Part shown: positions 38,968 to 52,500 of the stretch, piece after piece
How positions within the stretch are numbered: the stretch's first letter is position 1
Layout: every line of letters begins with the position of its first letter
From: Eledone cirrhosa
Taxonomy: Eukaryota
Assembly: GCA_964016885.1 (NCBI GenBank)
Contig: OZ024745.1
Coordinates: forward strand, 54,312,001 to 54,376,000
Reading direction: 5' to 3'
DNA length: 64,000 nucleotides
Notes under the pieces: model-generated
Databases searched by the model: none
Told to the model about the DNA's origin: nothing
The model's input: only the letters and a program-made list of their open reading frames with translations
Translations under genes and position numbers: made by a program

Positions 38968-39230
38968 GCGAAGGCATGTGGCTTACTGTTTAGGATATTT
39001 GTCTGACGATCGTGACGTTGTGATATTCGATCCCCGGCGGTGTTCTATGTCTTTGAACATTACTCTTCATTTCAAGTTGTTCCAATTAGCTCAGCTGATG
39101 TATAGGAGTTGTACATGTAATTCAAAGGCTAACATTATCACACACTGTGTAATGCCGAATCTCCCCGAGAACTACCTTAATGGTGCACATGTCTGTGAAA
39201 TGCTCAGTCATTTGTACGAAAATGGATGAG
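38968..39230 (+). mobile_element. Diverged tRNA-derived SINE, second family
   Basis: ggcatgtggcttactgtttagg...gacgatcgt...ttcgatcccc head, then a conserved-core-like gtctttgaac...ctcagctg segment. Confidence 0.55.
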
Positions 39231-39357
39231 AGAAGGTCACACGATATTCTCTCGTCCATTTTCCTTCCAATCACTTCTGCTGGCCAACATAATTTTAGCC
39301 GGCGCCGTCATTGACGGCAATTTGTTGTCTTAACAGCTTCCTTGCGTTGAGTTCTTC

Positions 39358-39412
<55 letters not shown>

Positions 39413-39415
39413 GCC

Positions 39416-39507
39416 AGGGTGTCCTCCCAAAATGTATAAATACTTTGATTACCTGTACAGGCAATATTTATTAGAATGCCGTTGAAGTGTGTATACATTT
39501 TTCGTGG

Positions 39508-39512
<5 letters not shown>
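39416..39512. mobile_element. ~95-bp Tc1/mariner-like MITE
   Basis: Terminal inverted repeats cagggtgtcc...aaaatgtata / tgtatacattttt...ggacac. A second, partial copy is at 15098. Confidence 0.6.
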
Positions 39513-39538
<26 letters not shown>

Positions 39539-39545
39539 GATATTT

Positions 39546-39598
<53 letters not shown>

Positions 39599-39709
39599 TA
39601 TGTACACGTACATACATATATGTATACAGACGTACAGTAGTATGTATATATATATACATACATACACACAGTAGTATGTATATATATATACATACATGCA
39701 CACATACAT

Positions 39710-40015
39710 GCAACCATCGTTGCTGGTTTGTTCAACACTGACAAAAGAACGCTGTACTAGTTTCAAGCTTATTAGCTATCGTCAGCAACGTATACCTTCC
39801 TGCCAGATTGTTGAACGTATATACTTACCGTATGCGTATTCTGGCAGGAAGGTATACGTTGCTGACGATAGCTAATAAGCTTGAAACTAGTACAGCGTTC
39901 CTTTGTCAGTGTTGAACAAACGAGAAACGATGGTTGCTGGACACTACGGCTTAATACGGTATGTTTGTTTACAAACACACCGAGCATTATAATAAATGTT
40001 CGGTGAATCCATACG
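39710..40015 (+). mobile_element. Palindromic hammerhead-bearing element, family C
   Basis: Inverted repeat 39710-39937 with a 32-nt spacer at 39808-39839, then an unpaired tail. Embedded in TA/CATA microsatellite. Confidence 0.78.
39856..39898 (+). ncRNA. Minimal type I hammerhead ribozyme (mirror copy at 39749-39791, minus strand)
   Basis: ACGTTG-CTGACGA-tAGCT aata AGCTt-GAAA-CTAG-TA^-CAGCGT. Palindromic ACTAGT stem III, predicted GUA cleavage after 39892. Confidence 0.87.
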
Positions 40016-40159
40016 TACATATATATATGTGTGCATGTATGTATATATATATACATACTACTGTATGTCTGTATACATATATGTATGTACGTGTACATAC
40101 TTATATTTAAGTAACAGCCGTACTAAGAGTGGGAAATGAAATTTCGTTTCATTTTTTCC

Positions 40160-40194
<35 letters not shown>

Positions 40195-40200
<6 letters not shown>

Positions 40201-40615
40201 ATTAAATAAATGGAAAACTATATTTATAAAACCATATTTATTTCATTATATATATTTCGGGGATATCATATTAACAATATGCTATGCCTTCATCAGACAA
40301 AATACAATATAAACAGTTTTATAGATAAATATATTCAACATACCGTAATAAACATCAACTTCATTTGAAGAGGTTTACGCTAGAGGTTTACTGCTAGCGT
40401 AAACCTCTTCAAATGAAGTTGATGTTTATTACGGTATGTTGAATATATTTATCTATAAAACTGTTTATATTGTATTTTGTCTGATGAAGGCATAGCATAT
40501 TGTTAATATGATATCCCCGAAATATATATAATGAAATAAATATGGTTTTATAAATATAGTTTTCCATTTATTTAATATTGTAAATATACTCCAAATATTT
40601 GTCGAGTGCTTTTAT
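40195..40615 (+). mobile_element. Palindromic hammerhead-bearing element, family A
   Basis: Inverted repeat 40195-40582 with a 10-nt loop at 40384-40393, then tail tactccaaatatttgtcgagtgctt. (TA)n on the left. Confidence 0.8.
40473..40538 (+). ncRNA. Type I hammerhead ribozyme (mirror copy at 40239-40304, minus strand)
   Basis: TATTTTGT-CTGATGA-AGGCATAGCATATT gtt AATATGATATCCCC-GAAA-TATATA-TA^-ATGAAATA. Predicted cleavage after 40530. Confidence 0.83.
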
Positions 40616-41112
40616 ATCAGTTATAAATATTTACTAGTTGTAACCCAACAATTTTAAATATAACTTTACATATATATATATATATATATATATATTGTTT
40701 ATTATATACATATATATTTATATACATACTTACATACATGTGTGCATGTGTGTGTACACATACGTATATACGTATATAAGCACACGCAACCAAATTGCTG
40801 AGGGATAAAGAAACAAGAAAAAGCGAAAGAGAGAGATAAAACAGAGAGGGAAAAGACACAAATATAGAGAAAGACAGCGAAACTTATCGTTTGTGGCGCG
40901 GTGGCCTAGTGATAAGGTGACCTTTAAGATCAAGTTGGATGTCTAGCTAAAAAGTGAGGTCGTAGTAAACAAGATGGTTACTGCTTAGGGCTGTGAGTCT
41001 CGGGCAACGGTGTTGATATAGAATGTGATGTTTTTGTCGATGCTGCTGTTGGAGTCGTTGTTGATGTTAGTGTCGATTTGATGTTTATAGTGATATGATT
41101 ATTGATGTTGCT

Positions 41113-41720
41113 GTTAGTGTTGGTTTTGATGTTGGCGTTGGTGTAGTTATCAAAGATGTTGGTGTTGGTGTTGGAGTCGTTGTTGGTGTTAGTGTTGGTT
41201 TTGATGTTGGCGTTGGTGTAGTTATCAAAGATGTTGGTATTGGTGTTGGAGTCGTTGTTGGTGTTAGTGTTGGTTTTGATGTTGGCGTTGGTGTAGTAAT
41301 CAAAGATGTTGGTGTTGGTGTTGGAGTCGTTATTGGTGTGAGTGTTGGTTTTGATGTTGGCGTTGGTGTAGTTATCAAAGATGTTGGTGTTGGTGTTGGA
41401 GTCGTTGTTGGTGTGATTGTTGGTTTTGATGTTGGCGTTGGTGTAGTTATCAAAGATGTTGGTGTTGGTGTTGGAGTCGTTGTTGGTGTTAGTGTTGGTT
41501 TTGATGTTGGCGTTGGTGTAGTTATCAAAGATGTTGGTGTCGGTGTTGGAGTCGTTGTTGGTGTGAGTGTTGGTTTTGATGTTGGCGTTGGTGTAGTTAT
41601 CAAAGATGTTGGTGTTGGTGTTGGAGTCGTTGTTGGTGTTAGTGTTGGTTTTGATGTTGGCGTTGGTGTAGTTATCAAAGATGTTGGTGTTGGTGTTGGA
41701 GTCGTTGTTGGTGTGAGTGT
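41113..41720. repeat. 75-bp minisatellite, ~8 units (minus frame [25 protein letters not shown])
   Basis: Unit gttagtgttggttttgatgttggcgttggtgtagttatcaaagatgttggtgttggtgttggagtcgttgttggt. Confidence 0.92.
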
Positions 41721-41929
41721 TTTGATGATAACATTGATATGACTATTAATGTTAATGGTGTTGATATGGCTGTTAGTGGTGTGATGTTTGCGTTGATGTT
41801 AGTGTTGGTGTTAGTGTTGATATTGTTGCTGACGATGTTGGCGTTGGTGTAGATATCGTTCGTGTTGATGCTGGTGTTGTAGTCGTTGTTGATGTTACTG
41901 TTGGTTTTGACGAGAATATTGATATGACT

Positions 41930-43545
41930 ATTAATGTTGGTGGCGGTGTAGGTGTTGATGTTGGTGTTGGTGTTGATATTGGTGTTGGTGGTGGTGTTGG
42001 TGGTGGTGTTGGTGGTGGTGTTGGTGGTGGTGTTGGTGGCGGTGTTAGTGTTGATGTTTGTGTTGATGTTGGTGTTGGTGTTGATGTTGGTGTTGGTGGT
42101 GGTGTTTGTGGTGGGTGTTGGTGGTGGGGGTTGGTGGTGGTGTTGGTGTTGGTGGTGTTAGTGTTGATGTTTGTGTTGATGTTGGTGTTGGTGTTGATGT
42201 TGGTGTTGGTGGTGTTGGTGTTGGTGGTGGTGTTGGTGGTGGTGTTGGTGTTGGAGGTGTTAGTGTTGATGTTAGTGTTGATGTTAGTGTTGGTGTTGAT
42301 GTTTGTGTTGATATTGGTGTTGGTGGTGGTGTTGGTGGTGGTGTTGGTGTTGGTGGTATAGGTGTTGGTGGTGGTGTTGGTGGTGGTGTTGGTGTTGGTG
42401 GTGTTAGTGTTGATGTTAGTGTTGATGTTAGTGTTGATGTTGGTGTTGGTGTTGATATTGGTTTTGGTGGTGGTGGTGGTGTTGGTGGTGGTGTTGGTGT
42501 TGGTGTTGATATTGGTGGTGGTGTTGGTGTTGGTGGTGGTGTTGGTGTTGATATTGGTATTTGTGTTGGTGTTGGTGGTGGTGTTGGTGATGGTGTTGAT
42601 ATTCGTATTGGTGGCGGTGTTAGTGGTGGTGTTGGTGGTGGTGTTGGTGTTGGTATTGGTGGTGGTGTTGGTGGTGGTGTTGGTGTTGATATTGGTATTG
42701 GTGGTGGTGTTGGTAGTGGTGTTGGTGTTGATATTGGTATTGGTGGTGGTGTTGGTGGTGGTGTTGGTGTGATATTGGTATTGGTGGTGGTGTTGGTTGT
42801 GGTGTTGGTGGTGGTATTGGTGTTGATATTGGTATTGGAGGTGGTGTTGGTGGTGGTGTTGGTGTGATATTGGTATTGGTGGTGGTGTTGGTTGTGGTGT
42901 TGGTGGTGGTATTGGTGTTGATATTGGTATTGGAGGTGGTGTTGGTGGTGGTGTTGGTGTGATATTGGTATTGGTGGTGGTGTTGGTGGTGGTGTTGGTG
43001 TTGATATTGGTATTGGTGGTGGTGTTGGTGGTGGTGTTGGTGTTGATATTGGTATTGGAGGTGGTGTTGGTGGTGGTGTTGGTGTGATATTGGTATTGGT
43101 GGTGGTGTTGGTTGTGGTGTTGGTGGTGGTATTGGTGTTGATATTGGTATTGGAGGTGGTGGTGGTGTAACTGATAATATTGGTATAGGTGGTGGTGTTG
43201 GTGGTGGTGTTGGTGTTGATATTGGTATTGGTGGTGGTGTTGGTGGTGGTGTTGGTGTTGATATTGGTATTGGTGGTGGTGTTGGTGGTGGTTTTGGTGT
43301 TGATATTGTTATTGGTGGTGGTGTTGGTGGTGGTGTTGGTGTTGATATTGGTATTGGTGGTGGTGTTGGTGGTGGTGTTGGTGTTGATACTGGTGTTGGT
43401 GGTGGTGTTGGTGGTGGTGTTAATCTTGATATTGATGTTGGTGGGGGTGGTGTTAGTGTTGATGTTTATACTAGTGGTAGTGTTGGTGGTGGTGTTGGTG
43501 GTGATGTTAGTGTTGATAAAGTTAGTGTCGATATTAATTGGCATT
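41930..43545. repeat. Irregular (GGT/GTT)-triplet repeat with ~36-47-bp subunits
   Basis: ggtggtggtgttggtggtggtgttggtgttgatattggtatt units. Some units lose 1 nt (ggtgtgatatt) and shift frame. Confidence 0.85.
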
Positions 43546-46500
43546 GATGTTAGTGTTTGTCTTACTGATAATATTATTGTTGGTGGTCCTGGTGTTGTTG
43601 TTGGAGTTATTGTTGATGTTAGTGTTGGTGTTATTGATAATATTGTTGTTGGTGGTGTTGGTGTTGTTGTTGGTGTTATTGTTGATGTTAGTGTTGGTGT
43701 TATTGATAGTATTGTTGTTGGTGGTGTTGGTGTTGTTGTTGGTGTTATTGTTGATGTTAGTGTTGGTGTTATTGATAGTATTGTTGTTGGTGGTGTTGGT
43801 GTTGTTGTTGGTGTTATTGTTGATGTTAGTGTTGGTGTTATTGATAATATTGTTGTTGGTGGTGTTGGTGTTGTTGTTGGTGTTATTGTTGATGTTAGTG
43901 TTGGTGTTATTGATAGTATTGTTGTTGGTGGTGTTGGTGTTGTTGTTGGAGTTATTGTTGATGTTAGTGTTGGTGTTATTGATAATATTGTTGTTGGTGG
44001 TGTTGGTGTTGTTGTTGGTGTCATTGTTGATGTTAGTGTTGGTGTTATTGATAATATTGTTGTTGGTGATGTTGGTGTTGTTGTTGGAGTTATTGTTGTT
44101 GTTAGTGTTGGTGTTATTGATAATATTGTTGTTGGTGATGTTGGTGTTGTTGTTGGAGTTATTGTTGTTGTTAGTGTTGGTGTTACTGATAATATTGTTG
44201 TTGGTGATGTTGGTGTTGTTGTTGGAGTTATTGTTGTTGTTAGTGTTGGTGTTATTGATAATATTGTTGTTGGTGATGTTGGTGTTGTTGTTGGAGTTAT
44301 TGTTGTTGTTAGTGTTGGTGTTATTGATAATATTGTTGTTGGTGATGTTGGTGTTGTTGTTGGAGTTATTGTTGTTGTTAGTGTTGGTGTTATTGATAAT
44401 ATTGTTGTTGGTGATGTTGGTGTTGTTGTTGGAGTTATTGTTGTTGTTAGTGTTGGTGTTATTGATAATAATGTTGTTGGTGATGTTGGTGTTGTTGTTG
44501 GAGTTATTGTTGATGTTAGTGTTGGTGTTATTGATAATATTGTTGTTGGTGATGTTGGTGTTGTTGTTGGTGTTATTGTTGATGTTAGTGTTGGTGTTAT
44601 TGATAATATTGTTGTTGGTGATGTTGGTGTTGTTATTGGTGTTATTGTTGATGTTAGTCCTGGTGTTATTGATAATATTGTTGTTGGTGGTGTTGGTGTT
44701 GTTGTTGGAGTTATTGTTGATGTTAGTGTTGCTGTTATTGATAATATTGTTGTTGGTGGTGTTGGTGTTGTTGTTGGTGTCATTGTTGATGTTAGTGTTG
44801 ATGTTATTGATAATATTATTGTTGGTGGTGTTGGTGTTGTTGTTGGAGTTATTGTTGATGTTAGTGTTGGTGTTATTGATAATATTGTTGTTGGTGGTGT
44901 TGGTGTTGTTGTTGGTGTTATTGTTGATGTTAGTGTTGGTGTTATTTATATTATTGTTGTTGGTGGTGTTGGTGTTGTTGTTGGTGTTATTGTTGATGTT
45001 AGTGTTGGTGTTATTTATAATATTGTTGTTGGTGGTGTTGGTGTTGTTGTCGGTGTTATTGTTGATGTTAGTGTTGGTGTTATTTATAATATTGTTGTTG
45101 GTGGTGTTGGTGTTGTTGTTGGTGTTATTGTTGATGTTAGTGTTGATGTTAGTGTTGGTGTTATTTATAATACTGTTGTTGGTGGTGTTGGTGTTGTTGT
45201 TGGAGTTATTGTTGTTGTTAGTGTTGGTGTTATTGATAATATTGTTGTTGGTGGTGTTGGTGTTGTTGTTGGTACTATTGTTGATGTTAGTGTTGGTGTT
45301 ATTGATAATATTGTTGTTGTTGGTGTTGTTGTTGGTGTTATTGTTGATGTTAGTGTTGGTGTTATTGATAATATTGTTGTTGGTGGTGTTGGTGTTGTTG
45401 TTGGTGTTGGTATTGTTGTTGGTGTTATTGTTGATGTTAGTGTTGGTGTTTTTGATAATATTGTTGTTGGTGGTGTTGGTGTTGTTGTTGGAGTTATTGT
45501 TGATGTTAGTGTTGGTGTTATTGATAATATTGTTGTTAGTGGTGTTGGTGTTGTTGTTGGAGTTATTGTTGATGTTAGTGTTGGTGTTATTGATAATATT
45601 GTTGTTGGTGGTGTTGGTGTTGTTGTTGGAGTTATTGTTGATGTTAGTGTTGGTGTTATTGATAATATTGTTGTTGGTGGTATTGGTGTTGTTGTTGGTG
45701 TTATTGTTGATGTTAGTGTTGGTGTTATTGATAATATTGTTGTTGGTGGTGTTGGTGTTGTTGTTGGAGTTATTGTTGATGTTAGTGTTGGTGTTATTGA
45801 TAATGTTGTTGTTGGTGGTGTTGGTGTTGTTGTTGGTGTTATTGTTGATGTTAGTGTTGGTGTTATTGATAGTATTGTTGTTGGTGGTGTTGGTGTTGTT
45901 GTTGGTGTTATTGTTGATGTTAGTCTTGTTGTTACTGATAATATTGTTGTTGGTGGTGTTGGTGTTGTTGTTGGAGTTATTGTTGATGTTAGTGTTGGTG
46001 TTATTGATAATATTGTTGTTGGTGGTGTTGGTGTTGTTGTTGGTGTTATTGTTGATGTCAGTGTTGGTGTTATTGATAGTATTGTTGTTGGTGGTGTTGG
46101 TGTTGTTGTTGGTGTTATTGTTGATGTTAGTCTTGTTGTTACTGATAATATTGTTGGTGGTGTTGGTGTTGTTGTTGGAGTTATTGTTGATGTTAGTGTT
46201 GGTGTTATTGATAATATTGTTGTTGGTGATGTTGGAGTTGTTGTTGGTGTCATTGTTGATGTTAGTGTTGGTGTTATTGATAATATTGTTGTTGGTGATG
46301 TTGGTGTTGTTGTTGGAGTTATTGTTGATGTCAGTGTTGGTGTTATTGATAATATTGTTGTTGGTGGTGTTGGTGTTGTTGTTGGTGTTATTGTTGATGT
46401 TAGTGTTGGTGTTATTGATAATATTGTTGTTGGTGATGTTGGTGTTGTTGTTGGAGTTATTGTTGATGTTAGTGTTGGTGTTATTGATAATATTGTTGTT

Positions 46501-49500
46501 AGTGGTGTTGGTGTTGTTGTTGGAGTTATTGTTGATGTTAGTGTTGGTGTTATTGATAATATTGTTGTTAGTGGTGTTGGTGTTGTTGTTGGAGTTATTG
46601 TTGATGTTAGTGTTGGTGTTATTGATAATATTGTTGTTAGTGGTGTTGGTGTTGTTGTTGGAGTTATTGTTGATGTTAGTGTTGGTGTTATTGATAATAT
46701 TGTTGTTAGTGGTGTTGGTGTTGTTGTTGGTGTTATTGTTGATGTTAGTGTTGGTGTTATTGATAATATTGTTGTTAGTGGTGTTGGTGTTGTTGTTGGA
46801 GTTATTGTTGATGTTAGTGTTGGTGTTATTGATAATATTGTTGTTAGTGGTGTTGGTGTTGTTGTTGGTGTTATTGTTGATGTTAGTGTTGGTGTTATTG
46901 ATAATATTGTTGTTAGTGGTGTTGGTGTTGTTGTTGGTACTATTGTTGTTGTTAGTCTTGGTGTTATTTATAATATTGTTATTGGTGGTGTTGGTGTTGT
47001 TGTTGGAGTTATTGTTGATATTAGTGTTGGTGTTATTGATAATATTGTTGTTGGTGGTGTTGGTGTTGTTGTTGGTGTTATTGTTGATGTTAGTGTTGGT
47101 GTTATTTATATTAATGTTGTTGGTGGTGTTGGTGTTGTTGTTGGTGTTATTGTTGGTGTTAGTGTTGGTGTTATTTATAATATTGTTGTTGGTGGTGTTG
47201 GTGTTGTTGTCGGTGTTATTGTTGATGTTAGTGTTGGTGTTATTTATAATATTGTTGTTGGTGGTGTTGGTGTTGTTGTTGGTGTTATTGTTGATGTTAG
47301 TGTTGGTATTATTGATAATACTGTTGTTGGTGGTGTTGGTGTTGTTGTTGGAGTTATTGTTGATGTTAGTGTTGGTGTTATTGATAGTATTGTTGTTGGT
47401 GGTGTTGGTGTTGTTGTTGGAGTTATTGTTGATGTTAGTGTTGGTGTTATTGATAATATTGTTGTTGGTGATGTTGGTGTTGTTGTTGGTGTTATTATTG
47501 TTGTTATTGTTGTTGTTATTGATAATATTGTTGTTGGTGGTGTTGGTGTTGTTGTTGGAGTTATTGTTGTTGTTAGTGTTGGTGTTATTGATAATATTGT
47601 TGTTGGTGATGTTGGTGTTGTTGTTGGAGTTATTGTTGTTGTTAGTGTTGGTGTTACTGATAATATTGTTGTTGGTGATGTGGTGTTGTTGTTGGAGTTA
47701 TTGTTGTTGTTAGTGTTGGTGTTATTGATAATATTGTTGTTGGTGATGTTGGTGTTGTTGTTGGTATTATTGTTGATGTTAGTGTTGGTGTTATTGATAA
47801 TATTGTTGTTGGTGGTGTTGGTGTTGTTGTTGGAGTTATTGTTGATGTTAGTGTTGGTGTTACTGATAATATTGTTGTTGGTGGTGTTGGTGTTGTTGTT
47901 GGTGTTATTGTTGATGTTAGTGTTGGTGTTATTGATAATGTTGTTGGTGGTGTTGGTGTTGTTGTTGGTGTTATTGTTGATGTTAGTCTTGGTGTTACTG
48001 ATAATATTGTTGTTGGTGGTGTTGGTGTTGTTGTTGGAGTTATTGTTGATGTTAGTGTTGGTGTTACTGATAATATTGTTGTTGGTGGTGTTGGTGTTGT
48101 TGTTGGAGTTATTGTTGATGTCAGTGTTGGTGTTATTGATAATATTGTTGTTGGTGGTGTTGGTGTTGTTGTTGGTGTTATTGTTGATGTTAGTGTAGGT
48201 GTTATTGATAATATTGTTGTTGGTGGTGTTGGTGTTGTTGTTGGTGTTATTGTTGATGTCAGTGTTTGTGTTATTGATAATATTGTTGTTGGTGGTGTTG
48301 GTGTTGTTGTTGGTGTTATTGTTGATGTTAGTGTTGGTGTTATTGATAATATTGTTGTTGGTGGTGTTGGTGTTGTTGTTGGTGTTATTGTTGATGTCAG
48401 TGTTGGTGTTATTGATAATATTGTTGTTGGTGGTGTTGGTGTTGTTGTTGGTGTTATTGTTGATGTTAGTGTTGGCGTTATTGATAATATTGTTGTTGGT
48501 GTTATTGTTGATGTTAGTCTTGGTGTTACTGATAATATTGTTGTTGGTGGTGTTGGTGTTGTTGTTGGAGTTATTGTTGATGTTAGTGTTGGTGTTATTG
48601 ATAATATTGTTGTTGCTGGTGTTGGTGTTGTTGTCGGTGTTATTGTTGATGTTAGTGTTGGTGTTATTGATAATATTGTTGTTAGTGGTGTTGGTGTTGT
48701 TGTTGGTGTTATTGTTGATGTCAGTGTTGGTGTTATTGATAATATTGTTGTTGGTGGTGTTGGTGTTGTTGTTGGAGTTATTGTTGATGTTAGTGTTGGT
48801 GTTATTGATAATATTGTTGTTGGTGGTGTTGGTGTTGTTGTTGGTGTTATTGTTGATGTTAGTGTTGGTGTTATTGATAATATTGTTGTTGGTGGTGTTG
48901 GTGTTGTTGTTGGAGTTATTGTTGATGTTAGTGTTGGTGTTATTGATAATATTGTTGTTGGTGGTGTTGGTATTGTTGTTGGAGTTATTGTTGATGTTAG
49001 TGTTGGTGTTATTGATAATATTGTTGTTGGTGGTGTTGGTGTTGTTGTTGGAGTTATTGTTGATGTTAGTGTTGGTGTTATTGATAATATTGTTGTTGGT
49101 GGTGTTGGTGTTGTTGTTGGAGTTATTGTTGATGTTAGTGTTGGTGTTATTGATAATATTGTTGTTGGTGGTGTTGGTGTTGTTGTTGGTGTTATTGTTG
49201 ATGTTAGTGTTGGTGTTATTGATAATATTGTTGTTGGTGGTGTTGGTGTTGTTGTTGGTGTTGGTATTGTTGTTGGTGTTATTGTTGATGTTAGTGTTGG
49301 TGTTTTTGATAATATTGTTGTTGGTGGTGTTGGTGTTGTTGTTGGAGTTATTGTTGATGTTAGTGTTGGTGTTATTGATAATATTGTTGTTAGTGGTGTT
49401 GGTGTTGTTGTTGGAGTTATTGTTGATGTTAGTGTTGGTGTTATTGATAATATTGTTGTTAGTGGTGTTGGTGTTGTTGTTGGTGTTATTGTTGATGTTA

Positions 49501-52500
49501 GTGTTGGTGTTATTGATAATATTGTTGTTGGTGGTTTTGGTGTTGTTGTTGGTGTTATTGTTGATGTTAGTGTTGGTGTTATTGATAATATTGTTGTTGG
49601 TGGTGTTGGTGTTGTTGTTGGAGTTATTGTTGATGTTAGTGTTGGTGTTATTGATAATATTGTTGTTAGTGGTGTTGGAGTTGTTGATGGTGTTATTGTT
49701 GATGTTAGTGTTGGTGTTATTGATAATATTGTTGTTGGTGGTGTTGGTGTTGTTGTCGGTGTTATTGTTGATGTTAGTGTTGGTGTTATTGATAATATTG
49801 TTGTTGCTGGTGTTGGTGTTGTTGTCGGTGTTATTGTTGATGTTAGTGTTGGTGTTATTGATAATATTGTTGTTGGTGGTGTTGGTGTTGTTGTTGGTGT
49901 TGTTGTTGGTGTTATTGTTGTTGTTAGTGTTGGTGTTACTGATTATATTGGTGTTGGTGGTGTTGGTGTTGTTGTTGGAGTTATTGTTGATGTTAGTGTT
50001 GGTGTTATTGATAATATCGTTGTTAGTGGTGTTGGTGTTGATGTTGGAGGTATTGTTGATGTTAGTGTTGGTGTTATTGATAATATTATTGTTGGTGGTG
50101 TTGGTGTTGTTGTTGGTGTTGTTGTTGGTGTTATTGTTGTTGTTAGTGTTGGTGTTACTGATTATATTGTTGTTGGTGGTGTTGGTGTTGTTGTTGGAGT
50201 TATTGTTGATGTTAGTGTTGGTGTTATTGATAATATTGTTGTTGGTGGTGTTGGTGTTGTTGTTGGAGTTATTGTTGATGTTAGTGTTGGTGTTATTGAT
50301 AATATTGTTGTTGGTGGTGTTGGTGTTGTTGTTGGAGTTATTGTTGATGTTAGTGTTGGTGTTATTGATAATATTGTTGTTGGTGGTGTTGGTGTTGTTG
50401 TTGGTGTTATTGTTGATGTTAGTGTTGGTGTTATTGATAATATTGTTGTTGGTGGTGTTGGTGTTGTTGTTGGTGTTGGTATTGTTGTTGGTGTTATTGT
50501 TGATGTTAGTGTTGGTGTTTTTGATAATATTGTTGTTGGTGGTGTTGGTGTTGTTGTTGGAGTTATTGTTGATGTTAGTGTTGGTGTTATTGATAATATT
50601 GTTGTTAGTGGTGTTGGTGTTGTTGTTGGAGTTATTGTTGATGTTAGTGTTGGTGTTATTGATAATATTGTTGTTAGTGGTGTTGGTGTTGTTGTTGGTG
50701 TTATTGTTGATGTTAGTGTTGGTGTTATTGATAATATTGTTGTTGGTGGTTTTGGTGTTGTTGTTGGTGTTATTGTTGATGTTAGTGTTGGTGTTATTGA
50801 TAATATTGTTGTTGGTGGTGTTGGTGTTGTTGTTGGAGTTATTGTTGATGTTAGTGTTGGTGTTATTGATAATATTGTTGTTAGTGGTGTTGGAGTTGTT
50901 GATGGTGTTATTGTTGATGTTAGTGTTGGTGTTATTGATAATATTGTTGTTGGTGGTGTTGGTGTTGTTGTCGGTGTTATTGTTGATGTTAGTGTTGGTG
51001 TTATTGATAATATTGTTGTTGCTGGTGTTGGTGTTGTTGTCGGTGTTATTGTTGATGTTAGTGTTGGTGTTATTGATAATATTGTTGTTGGTGGTGTTGG
51101 TGTTGTTGTTGGTGTTGTTGTTGGTGTTATTGTTGTTGTTAGTGTTGGTGTTACTGATTATATTGGTGTTGGTGGTGTTGGTGTTGTTGTTGGAGTTATT
51201 GTTGATGTTAGTGTTGGTGTTATTGATAATATCGTTGTTAGTGGTGTTGGTGTTGATGTTGGAGGTATTGTTGATGTTAGTGTTGGTGTTATTGATAATA
51301 TTATTGTTGGTGGTGTTGGTGTTGTTGTTGGTGTTGTTGTTGGTGTTATTGTTGTTGTTAGTGTTGGTGTTACTGATTATATTGTTGTTGGTGGTGTTGG
51401 TGTTGTTGTTGGAGTTATTGTTGATGTTAGTGCTGGTGTTATTGATAATATTATTGTTGGTGGTGTTGGTGTTGTTGTTGGAGGTATTGTTGATGTTAGT
51501 GTTGGTGTTATTGATAATATCGTTGTTAGTGGTGTTGGTGTTGTTGTTGGAGTTATTGTTGATGTTAGTGCTGGTGTTATTGATAATATTATTGTTGGTG
51601 GTGTTGGTGTTGTTGTTGGAGTTATTGTTGACGTTAGCGTTGATGTTATTGATAATATTGTTGTTGGTGGTGTTGGTGTTGTTGTTGGTGTTATTGTTGA
51701 TGTTAGTGTTGGTGTTATTGATAATATTGCTGTTGGTAGTGTTGGTGTTGTTGTTGGTGTTATTGTTGATGTTAGTGTTGGTGTTATTGATAACATTGTT
51801 GTTGGTGGTGTTGGTGTTGTTGTTGGTGTTATTGTTGAAGTTAGTGTTGGTGTTACTGATAGTATTGTTGTTGGTGGTGTTGGTGTTGTTGTTGGTGTTA
51901 TTGTTGATGTTAGTGTTGGTGTTATTGATAATAATGTTGTTGGTAGTGTTGGTGTTGTTGTTGGTGTTATTGTTGTTGTTAGTGTTGGTGTTATTGTTGA
52001 TGTTAGTATTGGTGTTACTGATTATATTGTTGTTGGTGGTGTTGGTGTTATTGTTGGTGTTATTGTTGATGTTAGTGTTGATGTTATTGATAATATTGTT
52101 GTTGGTGGTGTTGGTGTTGTTGTTGGTGTTATTGTTGTTGTTAGTGTTGGTGTTATTGATAATATTGTTGTTGGTGTTGTTGGTGTTGTTGTTGGTGTTA
52201 TTGTTGTTGTTAGTGTTGGTGTTACTGATAATATTGTTGTTGGTGGTGTTGGTGTTGTTGTTGGAGTTACTGTTGATGTTAGTGTTGGTGTTATTGATAA
52301 TATTGTTGTTGGTGGTGTTGTTGTTGTTGTTGGTGTTATTGTTGATGTTAGTGCTGGTGTTATTGATAATATTGTTGTTGGTGGTGTTGTTGTTGTTGTT
52401 GGTGTTATTGTTGATGTTAGTATTGGTGTTATTGATAATATTGTTGTTGGTGGTGTTGTTGTTGTTGTTGGTGTTATTGTTGATGTTAGTGTTGGTGTTA

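Noticed and set aside
43189-48198. 1669-aa and 1391-aa Val/Leu/Gly-rich plus-strand ORFs
   Set aside because: Open by composition (GTT-triplet repeat that can hardly form stops), with no ATG context or domain. Treated as a by-product of the array.
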